A stretch of 64,000 nucleotides of DNA from the human T2T-CHM13v2.0 reference genome, Homo sapiens. The notes beneath the pieces were generated by a model. The model had not been told where the DNA came from and searched no databases. It saw only the letters and a list, made by a program, of their open reading frames with translations. The stretch lies in the NCBI RefSeq assembly GCF_009914755.1, contig NC_060938.1. One strand, 5' to 3'. How positions within the stretch are numbered: the first letter of the stretch is position 1; each line of letters begins with the position of its first letter. Position numbers and translations under genes: made by a program. Below are positions 14,515-29,890 of the stretch, piece by piece.

Positions 14515-17500
14515 ATACATCAAATGGTGCATACTCATATAAGGTTTTCTGTAGTTTAATATTGAGATATGACCCCGTTTGGTCAAAATGTGCTTTTCAC
14601 TTTTCATAACTACAACCAATTCATCTTTCAGAAAAGCCATCTCAGTTTTCAGTTGTAAAGACTGTTTTCCCTATACGCTTACATGCTTTGAGTGTTGTCA
14701 ACGTTCTTAATTTGTGCCAATCTTTTAGGTGAGATGGCTTCACATAACTCATTCTGTTTTATATTTCATTAATGAGAGTGATTTTTAAGAATATAATCTT
14801 GGCTATTTCCTTTACTGTGAACTATTTTGCCTACTTTGTCTTTTACTCTTTTACCTATTTATTTGCCTATTTTCTTTGCCCATATTATTATTCGTAAGAG
14901 CTCTGATATAATAAGGAAGTTGTTCTTTTATCTGTCAAGATTGTAATAGACATATAGATAAAGATACAAATATCTGTTTAATTAGTACATCATTATATCG
15001 GCCTTTTACTTTTATGCCTTAAATAATTGGGAAATAATATTTATATAACTATTTTAAAATATTTGATGCTAATAAACAGTGAAAAATCCCTTAATATTTT
15101 AAATGTGTTCTGAGGCTTAGATTTCTTTAAAAAATTGTTATTATAAATTATAATATCTATTAAAAGCTACTACATTTGCAATTGGACTACCACTCTATAC
15201 TCCTGATCCTCCTCTTCCCTGGTCTAACCATAGCACTTGTCCTCTTTATCACACTACATCAATTACTTATTCTAATGTTTATTAATATGGTCAATATCCT
15301 CCATCTAGGTTATAAATTTTATAAAGGCGTGGGTTTTACTTTTATTCAGTAATGTATCCCAAGCACCTAGAATATATGTCTGATACATATAAATTCTCAA
15401 TAAATAATTATAAATTAAGTTCATAAATAAGTAATAGTGTGTCTCAAATATAATTTTTAAAATAGTAATAACATCTTTTGTGGTTTTCTTTTAGGCAAAT
15501 GGCTAGTGGGTACTTTTCTTCCCCCCAAAAGACAAAAATAAGATACTAAACTATGAAATCAAATACCTGACTTGAAGTTCTAGTTCTACCAGGTGGTAAC
15601 TTTGTGAGCTTATACACACTGAGTAACTTACTGAGCTTCATTCTCCTAATGAGCAAAATGAGGATATTGATATCCACCTTGACTTTATTCAAAGTTTTCT
15701 TAAAGTTCAAATGAGCTAAAGTTTTTGAAAACATTTTGTAATGTGTTAAACATGCTATAAATATAGTACTACTAATGATGCATTTTACTTATGTAATGGC
15801 TACCGTAAATTATATAATATTGTGAGCCCTTCAAAATAATTATTGCATTTTGTCTTTACATTATCTCTATTATACCCACTTTTTAAGTTCGGAAATTGAG
15901 GCACAGATGGAGCCAAAGTTTAAAACTAACCATGGTGGCCCCACTGACCACATTACTAGCAACTTTTTATTGTTGCCACGTTGTTGCCAATACGTTTTTA
16001 TTTGATTTGATTTTTGTCTTATTTTTCTTATTTCTTCCTAATCTATCATTCACATTTTATTCTTTAGTAAATATCACACAATCTTTTTGCCTCTCGTTTC
16101 TGAATAATTTACTGCCTCTTTTTTTCCTATCTGGTATTTTGCTTCAATGTGCATCAAACTCTATTTTCCCTTGATTATCTTTTCTTTTTTTACATGATGC
16201 TTTTTCTTTCTGCTCTCTTATGCTTATCTGCAGGAAAAAAAAAGTAATGAAAACTATGCATTCTATTTATGCACGTGTTGTCTTTTTCAGTAACATTACT
16301 CTGGGTGAAAATTGCCATCAGTCATGTTGTTATAAGGAAAAATAAAGTAGAATATGCCTTTGCTGTTTTAAACTTACCAACTCTCAATTTGTAACAAGCA
16401 AAGCATTTAATATACTGTGAGATATCCTGAGATATTGAGCAAGTACATTTATTCAGAGAGAACACTAAGTCCTTGCCTTAGTGAATTAAAAAAAAAAAAA
16501 AAGGATCCAACTTTTGCTTTTTAGTTGTGTTTGCACTCCATTTAATTTTCTTTTAATAGATTTACTGAGGGGCAAGGGGAATTTTTAAGCATGTTAATCC
16601 CAATTATAGCATTCTCTTTGAATTTCTTTCTTTATCTCATCTTTAATAGGGGAATTACCAAACCACTGTTCAGGACCAATTATTGGCTTGTTGTTTGCTT
16701 GTTTATATTTTGTTTGTTTTGGTAAAATTTCACGCAATTAATGAAAGCTGGAAGTTCTTTTTAAATTGAACTGGATTCCACTCCTGGATACCCATGAGAT
16801 AAGGGTCTGAAAAATTTGCTGAAACCTCTTGTATAAACATAGTTTTAGAGTTGAGATGGCCTAAGAAATTCGTCTCAAAGTAGTTTTGGTAAAGCTGTGT
16901 GGGATTAAACAAGGAAATGAAGTTGTAACTAGGTTTTGACTTTTTGGCCATATTTTGAAAGAAATTTGGGATATAGAGAAAATTAACCATGTTTTGTTTT
17001 AATCCTCTTCAAGTAGTAGTAAAATCGACCAAGTACAGTGCAGTAAGTTCTATACGCAATAATTCCAACATGCACAGCAAGAGACACCAGACACGCAAGA
17101 CATGTACTAGCTGATCATGGTTGTGAAAAACTGAATTAGAGTTTGTTTTACAGTAAATATGCGCCTGGGACCAAAGTTAGAATTCTTTTTTTTTATTTGT
17201 TACTTCTATTAAGTAATTTTATGCATAGTGAAGACTCTCTTGACAAGAATTAGATTTTCTCTTTCTTTCCATTCATTTCCTTGTTCCTTTGTATGACTTT
17301 GTGTTCAATCTTAGGAAAGAAATACAAAATTAATTATTTTCTCTAGTACTTTTGGTACCATTTTTCCAAAAATTGAGCTCTATAACAATAATTACAATAA
17401 AAATAGATATTTCTGATAAAATTATAAGACTGCATGACTCCATTTATCATGACATAATTATGAAAGCATATTTTAAAACTATAAAATACCATTACAATAA

Positions 17501-18829
17501 ACAGTTTTGTGCCATTATATATTTTAAAAATGAGATTGTACACCAAGAATTATAATTAAATGTTTTCTTCTCATCTGAAAAAATACAAGGAAGAAAAAAA
17601 TTGCAATTACGCAAAATTGTAAATGATTATGCCCCAAGGTGATAACAACTTTTAACAGTTAAGGATTCCTGTATGTTTAATATCATTGGCAAATTTAAAT
17701 CTCTGAGGAAATCAGTGTAAGCTTTTCTCACAGTTTCATCATTGTCCTTAAACAAAGTATCATAGAAAAGCAGTGTATTTTCATCTGATTATATCTAACA
17801 CATATGAAAGATTGTTTAAAATACTTAATTTTGAATTAAAACTATACATACTCATGGTATTTGGAAATAGCTCTATTTAAAAGAGATTTTTAAACAATGA
17901 TATATTGTGAGGCAATTTATTTGTTCATGCTTTGATATATTGATTCATAGACTCAACAAACATTAGCACCAACTGTGAACCAGGTGTTATGTGCTGTGGG
18001 ATTTAGAGATAAACGAATAACTTGTCTTCTCAATGAGTTCACAGTTTTTGAGTTTGATGGGGAAGTAGATATTTACATTAATTTTTTGACACATATGACA
18101 TACAGACTATGCCTTTTTTCTATGAATTCACAAATATAATTTCCATGATAAAAATGAAGTATATTTTAATGAAATATTTGTGAATTTTATAAAAAAATAA
18201 TTATTTTAAAAATAAACAGCATCTCATGCTTTCATTTGAAGTAAAAAATAAATTTTCAGAGTCTTTATCTTTATACTTACAAAAAAAATATCAGTTAAAT
18301 GTCTTTTAAAAAAATCTGTACAGATTTATTTTGTACTGGAGATAGAGAGGAAAACTACATGAAATAATACTGGGGAGGGTAGTAGACTAAGGGCACCTGC
18401 TCTCTCTGTTAACACCCACACATTATATAAGCAATATTTTTCTATTTCAGTGGGATTGATTTACTTTTTTTTTCTGTGTCTAATATTTTACACATTCCAA
18501 CTAATCTTGAGAAGACTTCCCTACTCTTCAATATATTTTGAAAAACCATGGCACAAACAAGGTTAAGAACTCTTAAAGGAGTGTGGGGCTGGTAAAAAAA
18601 AGTTGAAAGCTTTAAGGTCATAAGATATGTTGATGAAAAAACATTTCTGGGCTAGGAAAGAAAAGTAATGAAGAAACATCATTTTAGGAAATAGCATACG
18701 CTAAAACATAGATGATCGTAATTATTAAGTTGTCACAATTATAGTCTACTAGGGTTATTTCTTGTCCTTTAAAAAAAATATCCATTGTTATCCTTGGTTC
18801 ACTGATAAGCTATACCAAATTTCAGCATA

Positions 18830-19620
18830 AATTATCAAGTCATGTGTAAATTCTATTGTTATATTAATTGGAATTTCATCAAAGAAGCTTATTTAGAAAA
18901 AAACACTTTATGATATTGACCTTTCACATTCATGAAAGTGCTTTGTCTGGTATTTTGAGGATAAACTTTATATTGTTAAAAGCTTTATTGTTTTTCCTGT
19001 GCCTCCATCTTAATTGCAGATTAATTGGTAAGTTTCTATTTTATTGTCAACATTATAATTGTAAAATACTTTTTTATTCAGAATTTCATTTTCTAATTGC
19101 TGATGCTTTTTTATAGAAATGATATTTGAAGAATGATCTTATCTTTGATAAAATTTGTTTGTTGTTAGTTTTAAGAATCTCATCAATACAGTTATTACCT
19201 TTAGTGTTCTTCTTTCTTTCTAACTCATACTTACACCCTTTTCTTTCTTTGATTCTTCTCTCTCTCTTTCCCTTTACCTCTATATTTCAACCCCTGTCTA
19301 ATTTCTTATTATGCACGGCTAGGAACTCCAGCATAATCTTCATTAGAAGCAGTGGTAGTAAGTATATTGTCTTTTCCATGATATTAAAAAGGTATATTTT
19401 ATATTACATTTCTGATAGAGATTCTGGTGAAGAAGATCTTCTACTAGTAGTTTCCTGAGCAGTGAAACAAATAAATGAAGAATTTATCAATTTCTTTTTC
19501 TAAAACCATTGAAAGTATAATGTTTTTTCTTTCTCCTTTGTTCTTTTAATCCAGAAGGTTAGTTTAAAAAATTTGTAATACTGAAACTTCCTTCCAATTC
19601 TGAGGGAAACTCTAACTAAG
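18830..19620 (-). mobile_element. Highly diverged L1M fragment
   Basis: Reverse ORF2-like motifs (ggctaggaactccagcataat...agaagcagtggtagta). Confidence 0.55.
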
Positions 19621-21707
19621 ATTTCTTTTCAATCTATTCATAAATAAGATAGTAATTACAATTTTGATGAAAGTGAGAGTACTAATATTTTAAAATTTTA
19701 TAAAGAAAAAACTTGTTTTCAGAAGCTATTAAAAACTGAAATTAAAAATATCACACATGTTGAATAAAAGCTAGTTGACACATATGATTAATACGGCTAA
19801 TTTTTCTGGCTGTGCTACTTTCTTTATTTGTTACCCTTGAGGATTTGACAGCAAGACTTGAAATAGCTTGTAAGTTGGGTTTCCTTCAATATCTTTCTAT
19901 CATATCAGCTCTACACATGAGTTTACAAGAATTAGACATTTGGCCAGTGTTTCTTGGCCTTAGATCTCTCTCCTTTTAGAAATGCAGTGATTCATTGGCT
20001 TCAGTAGTTTCTGTTACCTGGAAATGTTCATTTCCAGCATTTTGGGAGGAAGTCGATTCAGTAGAATTAAGAGTTAGTATGTACAAGGTGCTAGAGTGTG
20101 CACTTCTCATACATAGTAAGTTCTCAGTATGTTATAATTATTATTATTTTAATAGTGGAGCTGGATATGACTTGTACAAAGAAAAATGGAAATTTCCTTT
20201 TCCCCTTTGCACTGGGGTTTATAATTGTCCTTGTACATATTTGATATTTTAGCTATATATATTAAAGGGTTTGGTTTGGGTTAATATTTCCCAAATTGCT
20301 GTGTTCCGAAAAGTGTCAACAGATTTTCTGGTGTAAAACAAAAAACAACAACATTTTGTTTGTTCACTTTTTCTTTTTAGAAGAAATAAAGACAAAACAA
20401 AAAAAAATTTTGTTATCAACCCCTTTTAGGAAACTATAGTTAAACACACTTCTTTACCGAAGGGATTCTCCAAACAATTAATGAATACTGTACAAGATCA
20501 AATGAGATGAGATGGCATAAAACATGCTCCATTCTTGTTTAACTACTGAACTCATTTTCACTGAACACATATTTTCTAGTTAATAAACACTGCTGGTTCT
20601 GATATTATGTAATGGTAAAAAAATAGCATGATAATTACAAGATACTGTTCATTTAAAATAAAGGCCAAATTTTTAGTTGTTACCTTGTTAATTGCATGCT
20701 TCTTTTTCACTAACTTTGGTTCACTTTTAAAATAAATCGCTATACTTAAAAACTAAGCACCATCCCTAAAAACCTTTCCAGGCTAAATTAGACCTTTTAA
20801 GGAAATACTTTTGTTGGAAATGGAACTTCTTCTCTTAAGTCTATTTAAAAAGGCTTTTCAAAAAAGTTATCTAAGGATTTAAAATAAATTATAATGTGAA
20901 TCAAATTAATGTACTAAGTCAATAGCTTGATTCAAACAGTCTAAAAATCAAGGATACCTTTAAATCCATTATCTTTATCCAGCTTTATCTGGCATTCCAA
21001 ATTTCAGACTTTGAGTTCATATTCTAAAAAATAAAAATGCAAATACAACTTGAGGAAAGCATAGATAGTTGTTGTATTTCAAATTTTCAGTTGGTAAACA
21101 AGCCCGATGCGGAACAGATGCACTAGTTTCTGTTGAAAACCCTTCAGTTTTCTAGATTACTGCCAGTGATGTTTAGGAAAAAATGTAGTTGTGCTTCTTT
21201 TTTGTTTTGTTTAATTTTTTTAAAAACCCACATTATCCTTGGTTATTGAAGCTAAAATTAACATACCATGGTTCTTTACTGTGTTGGCATGTTACATATC
21301 TTCTTGAGCTGTATTGCTCAGTCAATTCTCCTGACAAAACTTAACAACTTATGACTACTTTTTGGATACATAAAAACTTTGAATCAAGAAAGAGTTAAGA
21401 CATTGTCCCTGACCTGAGAGTAGGAATTAACACATGGTGGACTTAGGCTCAATTATAGACTGTACAGCCTTGCATATTGGATGGCTCAGCCACTTAGTGT
21501 TTCTAATCCCCTTATCTCTCACTTTCAACCACACTAGGATTGCTTTGTCATTACATGTGTGTATTTCTTGGAATGAATGTAGACTTACTTTGTTGGAACC
21601 TAGCATAGTAATCATATTGAGATATTCATTTGAATAGGCCTTCACTCTGAATCATTCTCTTGGCAAAAGTTTTCACTAATAAGCAGAAAAAGAAGTATCG
21701 CCAGAGG

Positions 21708-22263
21708 TGAGAGGTGAAGCCAGCTGAACGTCCTGGGACAAGTGGGGACTTGGAGAACTTTTCTGTCTAGCTAGAGGATTGTAAATGCACCAATCACCAT
21801 TCTGTAAAAATGGACCAATCAGCACTCTGTAAAATGGACCAGTCAGCACCCTGTAAAATGGACCAATCAGCACTCTGTAAAATGGACCAATCAGCACTCT
21901 TTGAAATAGACCAATCAGCAGGACATAGGCGGGGCCAAATAAGGGAATAAAAACTGGCCACCAGGGCAGGCAGCTAACTTGCGGGTCCACTTCCACGATT
22001 TGAAAGTGTTTTCTTTTGTTCTTTACAGTGAATTTTGGTGTTGTGCACTATTTAGGTGCATGTCACCTTTCAAAGATGTAACACTCACTGGGAGGTTCTG
22101 AGGCCTCATTCCTGAAGTCAGCAAGACCATGAACCCATGGGAGGAGCAGACAATTCTGGACGCAGCACTTTTAAGAGCTGTAACACTCACTGCCAGGTCC
22201 GCGGCTTCATTCTTTAAGTCAACGAGACCAAGAACCCAGCAGAAGGAATAAATTCTAGACACA
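21708..22263 (+). mobile_element. ERV9 solo LTR (LTR12F-like) with a tandem CCAAT array
   Basis: tgagaggtgaagccagctg start and tctagacaca end; repeated ~24-bp ctgtaaaatggaccaatcagcact units; flanks gagg/gcgg. Confidence 0.9.
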
Positions 22264-22389
22264 GCGGGATTTCCGTTTGGTGGTTTAAAATTACATCAGA
22301 TTCGGACGTCCTAGGAGCTAGTGAGGAAGGTATTACCAAATAGACATTGAGTGAGACAAACTATATTTACAAGACAGATTGTCTAGTGT

Positions 22390-24900
22390 TCGGAATTCTT
22401 GTCCTATATTTTCTCTCTTCTATCAATTATTTTATTCATAAAAATGATATTTCATGTATTTATATTGAGGCTATGCTATTTGATACATAACAGTTTAGAA
22501 TTACACATGGAAAGATTGCTCTTACTCATCTCTTTGGAATGTAAATGTGGCTATCTGAATTTTTTTTGGCCCACTAATATAAACAGCAGTGATGGTCATC
22601 CCTTCAGGTCAGAAGTTCTGAAAGTATATGATTTACCATGTTCTTTTTCCAACTATGTGTTGACAGTAGAAGCAATTTTTGAGATGATTCCTACTTCAAC
22701 CTGGCTGTGACTATAATGGTCCACACTCTCTATTTAACTAATGGGACATAAAGCATAAGTGAGAATTTTTTTAAAGTTTTTCTTTAATGTTGCTGAGCTT
22801 TTAAAATAGGTAATCTAGCTGCTGCTTCTAGTCTATTTTTACTAGGTTAATATAGCTACAAGTTTTTCCCAATATTTGTTTATTCTAATGTTTTAGATGT
22901 CTCTTAAGTAGAGACCATAAAGTTAGGGCTAAAAAAAAAAACCCGGTCTGACAACTTTTGTATCAGCTTGATACTAATATTTAATGTCATTATAGATATA
23001 GTAAAAGATATACTATTATAATATGCTTTTTCTAAAAAAAACTATTCTACCTGTTTTTGGTTCCTTACTCTTTGACTTTAAACACATACACACACACCCC
23101 TCAGTCAATCGTATTCTCTAATATTTAGGAATATAATCATTTTTAAATTATTTTGTGTTTATTGTAAGTATTTGTAAAGATGCATCATCACATGATCAAA
23201 TGGTATGTTATTTACAATTATTTACAATTTTATCCTACTTACAGGTAACAGAAAGACATCAAAATACAAGCAATGTTTTCTCTACATTTATATTCTATTA
23301 TGTACTACACACACACCACACACACACACAGACACACACACACAGAGCCATAAAACATTCTTCCACTTATTTTGAGTTCATTTTGATTATGTAAAATTTT
23401 ACTCTTTTTTGTCCTTAATTTTTTTGTCTCTTTTAATTCCTATTCGGAATCATTTTTGTTCTGCCTTGGGAACTCTCTCTAGAATTTTAGTGTGGGTCCT
23501 CTCTTGTCATTTTTCAAGTATAGGGATATGTGTGTGGTGTGTGTGTGGTGTGTGTATGTGTATGGGTGTGTATGAAAATGGCTTTAGTTTTACTTAATTC
23601 TGAATAATTTTTTTTCTAGTGTTGGCAATAATTTTCCTTCAGGAAATTAATAATCTCTCCTAGTATTCCTGACATCCAATTTGTTAAGAAGTCATTTGTC
23701 AGTCTAAACACTGTTTCTTTGATGATCATCTGTACTTTTCTCTGATTGCTTTTAAAAATTTCCTTTTTCTCTGATTTTACTATGATATGTCTGTGTTTAT
23801 ATTACTTTAATTTTTCTCCTTGGAATTATTTGATTTCTTCAATCTGTGTGTTGCTGTCTGTTTTGAATACTATCTCATCCAATATTGCCTCTGCTCCATT
23901 TTACCTTTCTACAGGTCTGGGACTTCAGTTACACCAAAATTTGGCCTTATCATGTTGTTCTCTATGTCACTCATATTCTCTTCATTCTCTTTTATAATTT
24001 TGAAATATTTTGCCCCATCTTATAGAGTTATTTGGGCCATATTTTCTGCTTTATTCTCTTTTTTGCTGCAAGTATTTATTAAAGTCATCTTTTTTATTTT
24101 CATTATTTTAATATAATTTTATTGTATTATATCCAAGTTACTTTTGTAGTTTCTAATTAGCTGACAAATTATTTGGTCAGCTTTAATTTCTAGTTGTACC
24201 TTCTGCATCTAATAATTCCAATATATCTAGGCATGTAATTATTTCTGTTTATATTCTATCTAAAGACTTTCATTCATTGTGTCTTATATTCCACTGCCTC
24301 TTTATCACTGCATTATGGAAAAATGAATTGTACATGTAATACAAAGCCTCAGATGATGGTATTGCCTTCTAGAGAGGATTTTTGTTTACTTCTTCAGAGC
24401 AATTCCAGTATAGTCAGTGGAATACCTTCTTAATCTACATTCAATGCTTTCAGTTCTCTACACAACCAAGATTATAGGAAGCCAAGCCCAAGTTCATTCA
24501 AAGGCTATTTTATCTTCCTTGGACTCTTATCACTTGGGTTTTTCCTTTGAGAATTCCAACTTTATTAAAAGTTGTTTAATGGGTACTTGACTTTGGATTG
24601 TCCCTTCATAATTTGATGCCTTTAAAGTCAGTTTAGTTTTAAAGTCTTTTTTTGTTGTTTGATTTTTGTTTCAGTGAGCAGATATTTTCAGGGCAAAAGA
24701 CATTCTGACGTTAATGTTATTTTTCTGAATTCTAGTCTGGTGTACTAAGTTTGTTTTACTGATGCCTCAATATCTTGTTAATGGTTTTGTGCTTTTGAGA
24801 TGACTATAAATATATTTTGTTTAGACGCTTTAGCTCTATTCAGCAAGACATTTGTCCCAAATTACCAATTAACATTAGCAAATATCTTGTGAGTTTTTAT
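22390..24900 (-). mobile_element. Degenerate old L1M fragments with CA/TG microsatellites and a small MLT-like piece
   Basis: T-rich reverse L1-like tracts (tccaatattgcctctgctccatttt; ttctagagaggatttttgtttacttct). Confidence 0.5.
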
Positions 24901-26272
24901 TCATGATTTTCTATTACCTTTTTCAAACTAATGAAGTCCAGCTTAGCTGTATTGAATATTTTGAAAATATCACTTATCACAATAAGATGTTTATGATGCA
25001 AGGGCGGTGAAAATTATTGAGAGGATTTCATGAGGATATCAAGAAATAAAGTGAATAATTTAAAGGTCCTTCTGATTTTTCTCTTGTAGAGATGAGCTGT
25101 ATATTGGATGCATTGGATAACCATTACTTTAAATGTACTAGGAAAGGTAGTTTAAGTCTTCAGTAACTTCACAGCATTTTTCTCCCCACTGTTTCCATGA
25201 GTCACTTAATTTCTTTCTTTCTTCTATGTCTCAACATACATTCCTTAAAGCTTAGGGAAAAACCTGAAAATGTGTTTGTCCTCACATAAATATTTGAGAA
25301 GTGTATTTTAAACCAGATAAATGTCAAACTCAGAACCTTGTATCACAAGATTCTGTGATTTTGAAATACTTTTATCAACTGAAATTTGTTGATTCTATAT
25401 TTTGAGTACATTTTAGATTATGAGTATAAAAAAGAGAAATTAAAGTAAGTGTGGAGTGATACTATAGCCTACATTATTTTAAAGATAAGTTCATTTTGTA
25501 AAGGCCTGCTTGCATACATTTAGGTTGTTATATTTATAATTCCTAGAATAGTTTTTATTCCATTAGGAAGAAGTTATAGTGGCAGTATGAAAATAAAATT
25601 AGTTTACTATTATAAATATGGTTTACTTCTAAAATTATGGTGGAAAATGCTTCAAGAGAGCGGAATAGGGTTGACAGAGACAGAACTTTATGGTTGTAAA
25701 ACTTTTAATGAACTTTCAGACCCTGATTATAATTTTTTAAAAATATAGCTGATCTGGAGATTTTGTAGAAATGTAATCTGTCAGTTTTTAATCTTTCCCA
25801 TACTCCCAATTTTTTCTTCAGAATTGACAGATCTTTTCTGATTAATGTGCAGAACAGAGAGTTAAAATTCAAGCAATCTATATTTTAAGACTGTATTGGA
25901 AGTTGGATGAATAAAAATGACAATGGAAAACAGAACCTAAAGTTTTTCAATTTTCCTATGAGAAAAAAATGTAAAATTAAGATTGCATTTAGGAAAAAAA
26001 TATATAACATATATGGAACTTTAAAAGTTGAGAAAGGATGCTACTCTGTAAATGTTGCCCCTAGAATTGTTCAGTATCCAAACGCACACCTTATATGGCA
26101 GTTGTGATCATGGGAAACATGGCTTAAATTCCTACAAAAAATTAATCATTCTTATTAAAATTGAATCTTTTATAGTAATTGCCTTGGTAGACTTAGCACT
26201 TAATATAATGTAAAAAAGATAGTCTTACAAAACAAATTTCTCAGTAGAAATTCCTTTAAGAATCAGTTGATA

Positions 26273-27275
26273 GAGGGTGGAGCCAAAATGGCTGACTAGA
26301 AGCAGTAGTGTTCGGAGGCTTCCATTGAAAAAAACCCACAATAATCATGTGAATCCTTCACTGGCAACCAGGGTATCCAGGTTCTCTCATCAAAATTGAC
26401 TGGAAGGCTGGCATGACACACAGAAAGAAGGAAGAACAGTGTAGTGCAGTGGCCTACTTGAGAATCATATGGGGGTAGGGGAACCCCCTCCCCTAAGACA
26501 AGGGAGGCAGTGAGTGAGTGTGCTATACAGCTAGGGAAACTGCTTTTTTCACGGAACTGTGCAACCCATGGATAGGAAGATCCCACTTGCGAACCCATGC
26601 CACTGGGGCCTAGAGTCCCAACCCTGGAATATGTATATTCTTACAGCCTTTCTGTGGGAATCTGCTGAAGCCTACCGAACCCCTTGCGGGAGGGGTGACC
26701 AGCACGGTGGCTGCGGCTGCCTGCTGTCTAAGCCCTTTGAGCTCCTTAGGGGAAGGGCAGCAGCCAGCACTGCGACTTGCAACTGCCTAACACACTAAGC
26801 TCCCAGGGCAGGGGAAGAGTGGCACCCATCTGTGTAGCTCCAGGCTGCACTTTTACCTGCTGGAGCCAGGGAGGTTGGACGGCTTGGTCCCAAGACTTGT
26901 CCCCACAGCCCAACACACCTGCTGTAGTAGTCTGCAGCCAGAGTGCCTCTTCAGGCCTGACCTTGACCTATCTTTTGTCATTGGGCAGGGCTTCCCTATA
27001 GGAACTCCTATAACTCCAGCCAGAGGCTCAGGGATAGAATCTGGATCTCCCTGGGCCTGAGCCCCTAGGAAGGAGGGGTGGCCACAGTCTCTGTGGACCA
27101 ACAGACTTAGCATCTCCTCATGGTAGTTCTGAGGAATCCAGGCAGCCCAAATGAGTGAGTTTCCCCCCCAGCGAAGCACATTCCCTCTGCCAAGGGACAA
27201 AGTGCTTCATTATGTGGGTCCTGTTCCCCATGCCACCCAACTGGATGAGACCCTCCAACAGGGGTTGTCAGACAC
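26273..27275 (+). mobile_element. L1 5'UTR (L1P3 / L1PA8-10-like) without the element body
   Basis: gagggtggagccaaaatggctgactagaagcag start (YY1-like site), preceded by a tt/aaga endonuclease-type site; GC-rich UTR ends abruptly at gttgtcagacac. Confidence 0.85.
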
Positions 27276-27922
27276 TGGAAAGTACATACATTGCTATTTG
27301 TTTTTTGTAAACTATCGCTGTCTCATGTAGAAAGCTATCTTATTAACTATGTGTTGTATTCTATGAACACTGGATCTTGATACCATTATGTCCAAGATAA
27401 CTTCTTTGGCAATCATGAAAGTCTTCCTTCATGTAAGAAGGGAAAATAAGTCCTAAAGGATGACTAACTGCCTATAATTTATTGAGAATTATATACACCA
27501 TATTTAACAGCTAAGTTAATACAATTTCTAAAACACATAAAATATACCTGGGGATATGTTATGAACCTAAAACTAATTTTTCAATCTTTCCTAACTAGAT
27601 TCTGTCATATTACAGGCTCATCGTGGTATTTTTGTTTTCATTAATTAGTTATTATAAATGGACAAATAAAAATCATACATCTTCTTATGCACAGCATGAT
27701 GTTTCGATATCTATGTATACATTGTGGAATGGTTAACAAGGTAATTAATACATGCATGACATCATATATTTATCCTTAGTGATTTTCAAGAACATAATAC
27801 ATTGTTATTAGCTATAGTAACTATGTTTTATACTAGATCTCTTGAACTTATTTCTTTTAACTGAAATGTTTTATATATATGTAACGTATATATTTTAAAA
27901 ATAGATTTTCTATATATATGAT

Positions 27923-28610
<688 letters not shown>

Positions 28611-29605
28611 ATGATCATGTCATCTGCAGAGAGAAACAATTTAACTTTCCCGATTTGGAATGACTTTTTTTTTTATCTTAATAAAGATGTCTTAATTGCT
28701 CCGATGAGGATTTTCAGTAAGATGTTGAAAAGAAGTGACAAGAGTGGACATTCTTGCCTTGTTCTTGATCTTAGAAGAAAAGTTTTCAATTTTTCATCAT
28801 TGAGTATGATAGCTGTAGGTTTGTCATATATGAGCTTCATTGTGTTGAGGTACATTTATTCTATACCTAATTTGTTGAGACCTTTTATCATGAAAGAATG
28901 TTAAATTTTGTCTAATGCTTTCCATATTAAGATGATTATATGGTGTTTCTTCTTCATTCTGCTAAAGTGGTTTTTCGCATTTATAGATTTACTTATGTTG
29001 AACCATGCTTGTATGCCTGGAATAAACCCTACTTAATCGTGGTGAATGGTCTTTTAATATGTTGTTGAATTCAGTTTGCTGTATTTTATTAGAGATTTCT
29101 GCATCTATGTTCTTCAGGTATATTGGCCTGTAATTTTCTTTTCTTGTAATGTCCTTGTCTGACTTTGGTATTAGAGTAATGCTGGTCTCATATAGTGAGT
29201 TTGTAAATATTTGATAATCTATAATTTTTTTGGAAGAGAAGGATTGGTATTAGATCTTCTTTACATGTTGGAAGATTTCAGAAATAAAGCTATCGGGTAC
29301 TGAGTTTCCTTTGATGGGAGACTTTTTATTACTAATTCATTCTCTTTAGTTATTATTGATTTATTCAGATTTTTCTTTTCTCATTCAGTCTCGGCAGCTT
29401 GTATGTGCTTCAGGATTTTTTCTAGGTTATCCAATTTGTCCATGTATAATTGTTCATAGTAGTTTCATAATCTTTTGTATTTCTGCGTTATGAGGGGTGG
29501 TATCTCCTCTATCATTTTAGATTTTATTTATTTGAGTCTTCTCTTTTTTTTCTTAGTCTAGCTAAAGTTTTTCAATGGTGTTTATCTTTTCAAAAACCCA
29601 TCTCG

Positions 29606-29890
<285 letters not shown>

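Noticed and set aside
21676-21996. 106-aa ORF with YRVLIGPF repeats / CRISPR-like periodicity
   Set aside because: Antisense translation of the LTR12 24-bp tandem units; no spacers, and the context is eukaryotic.
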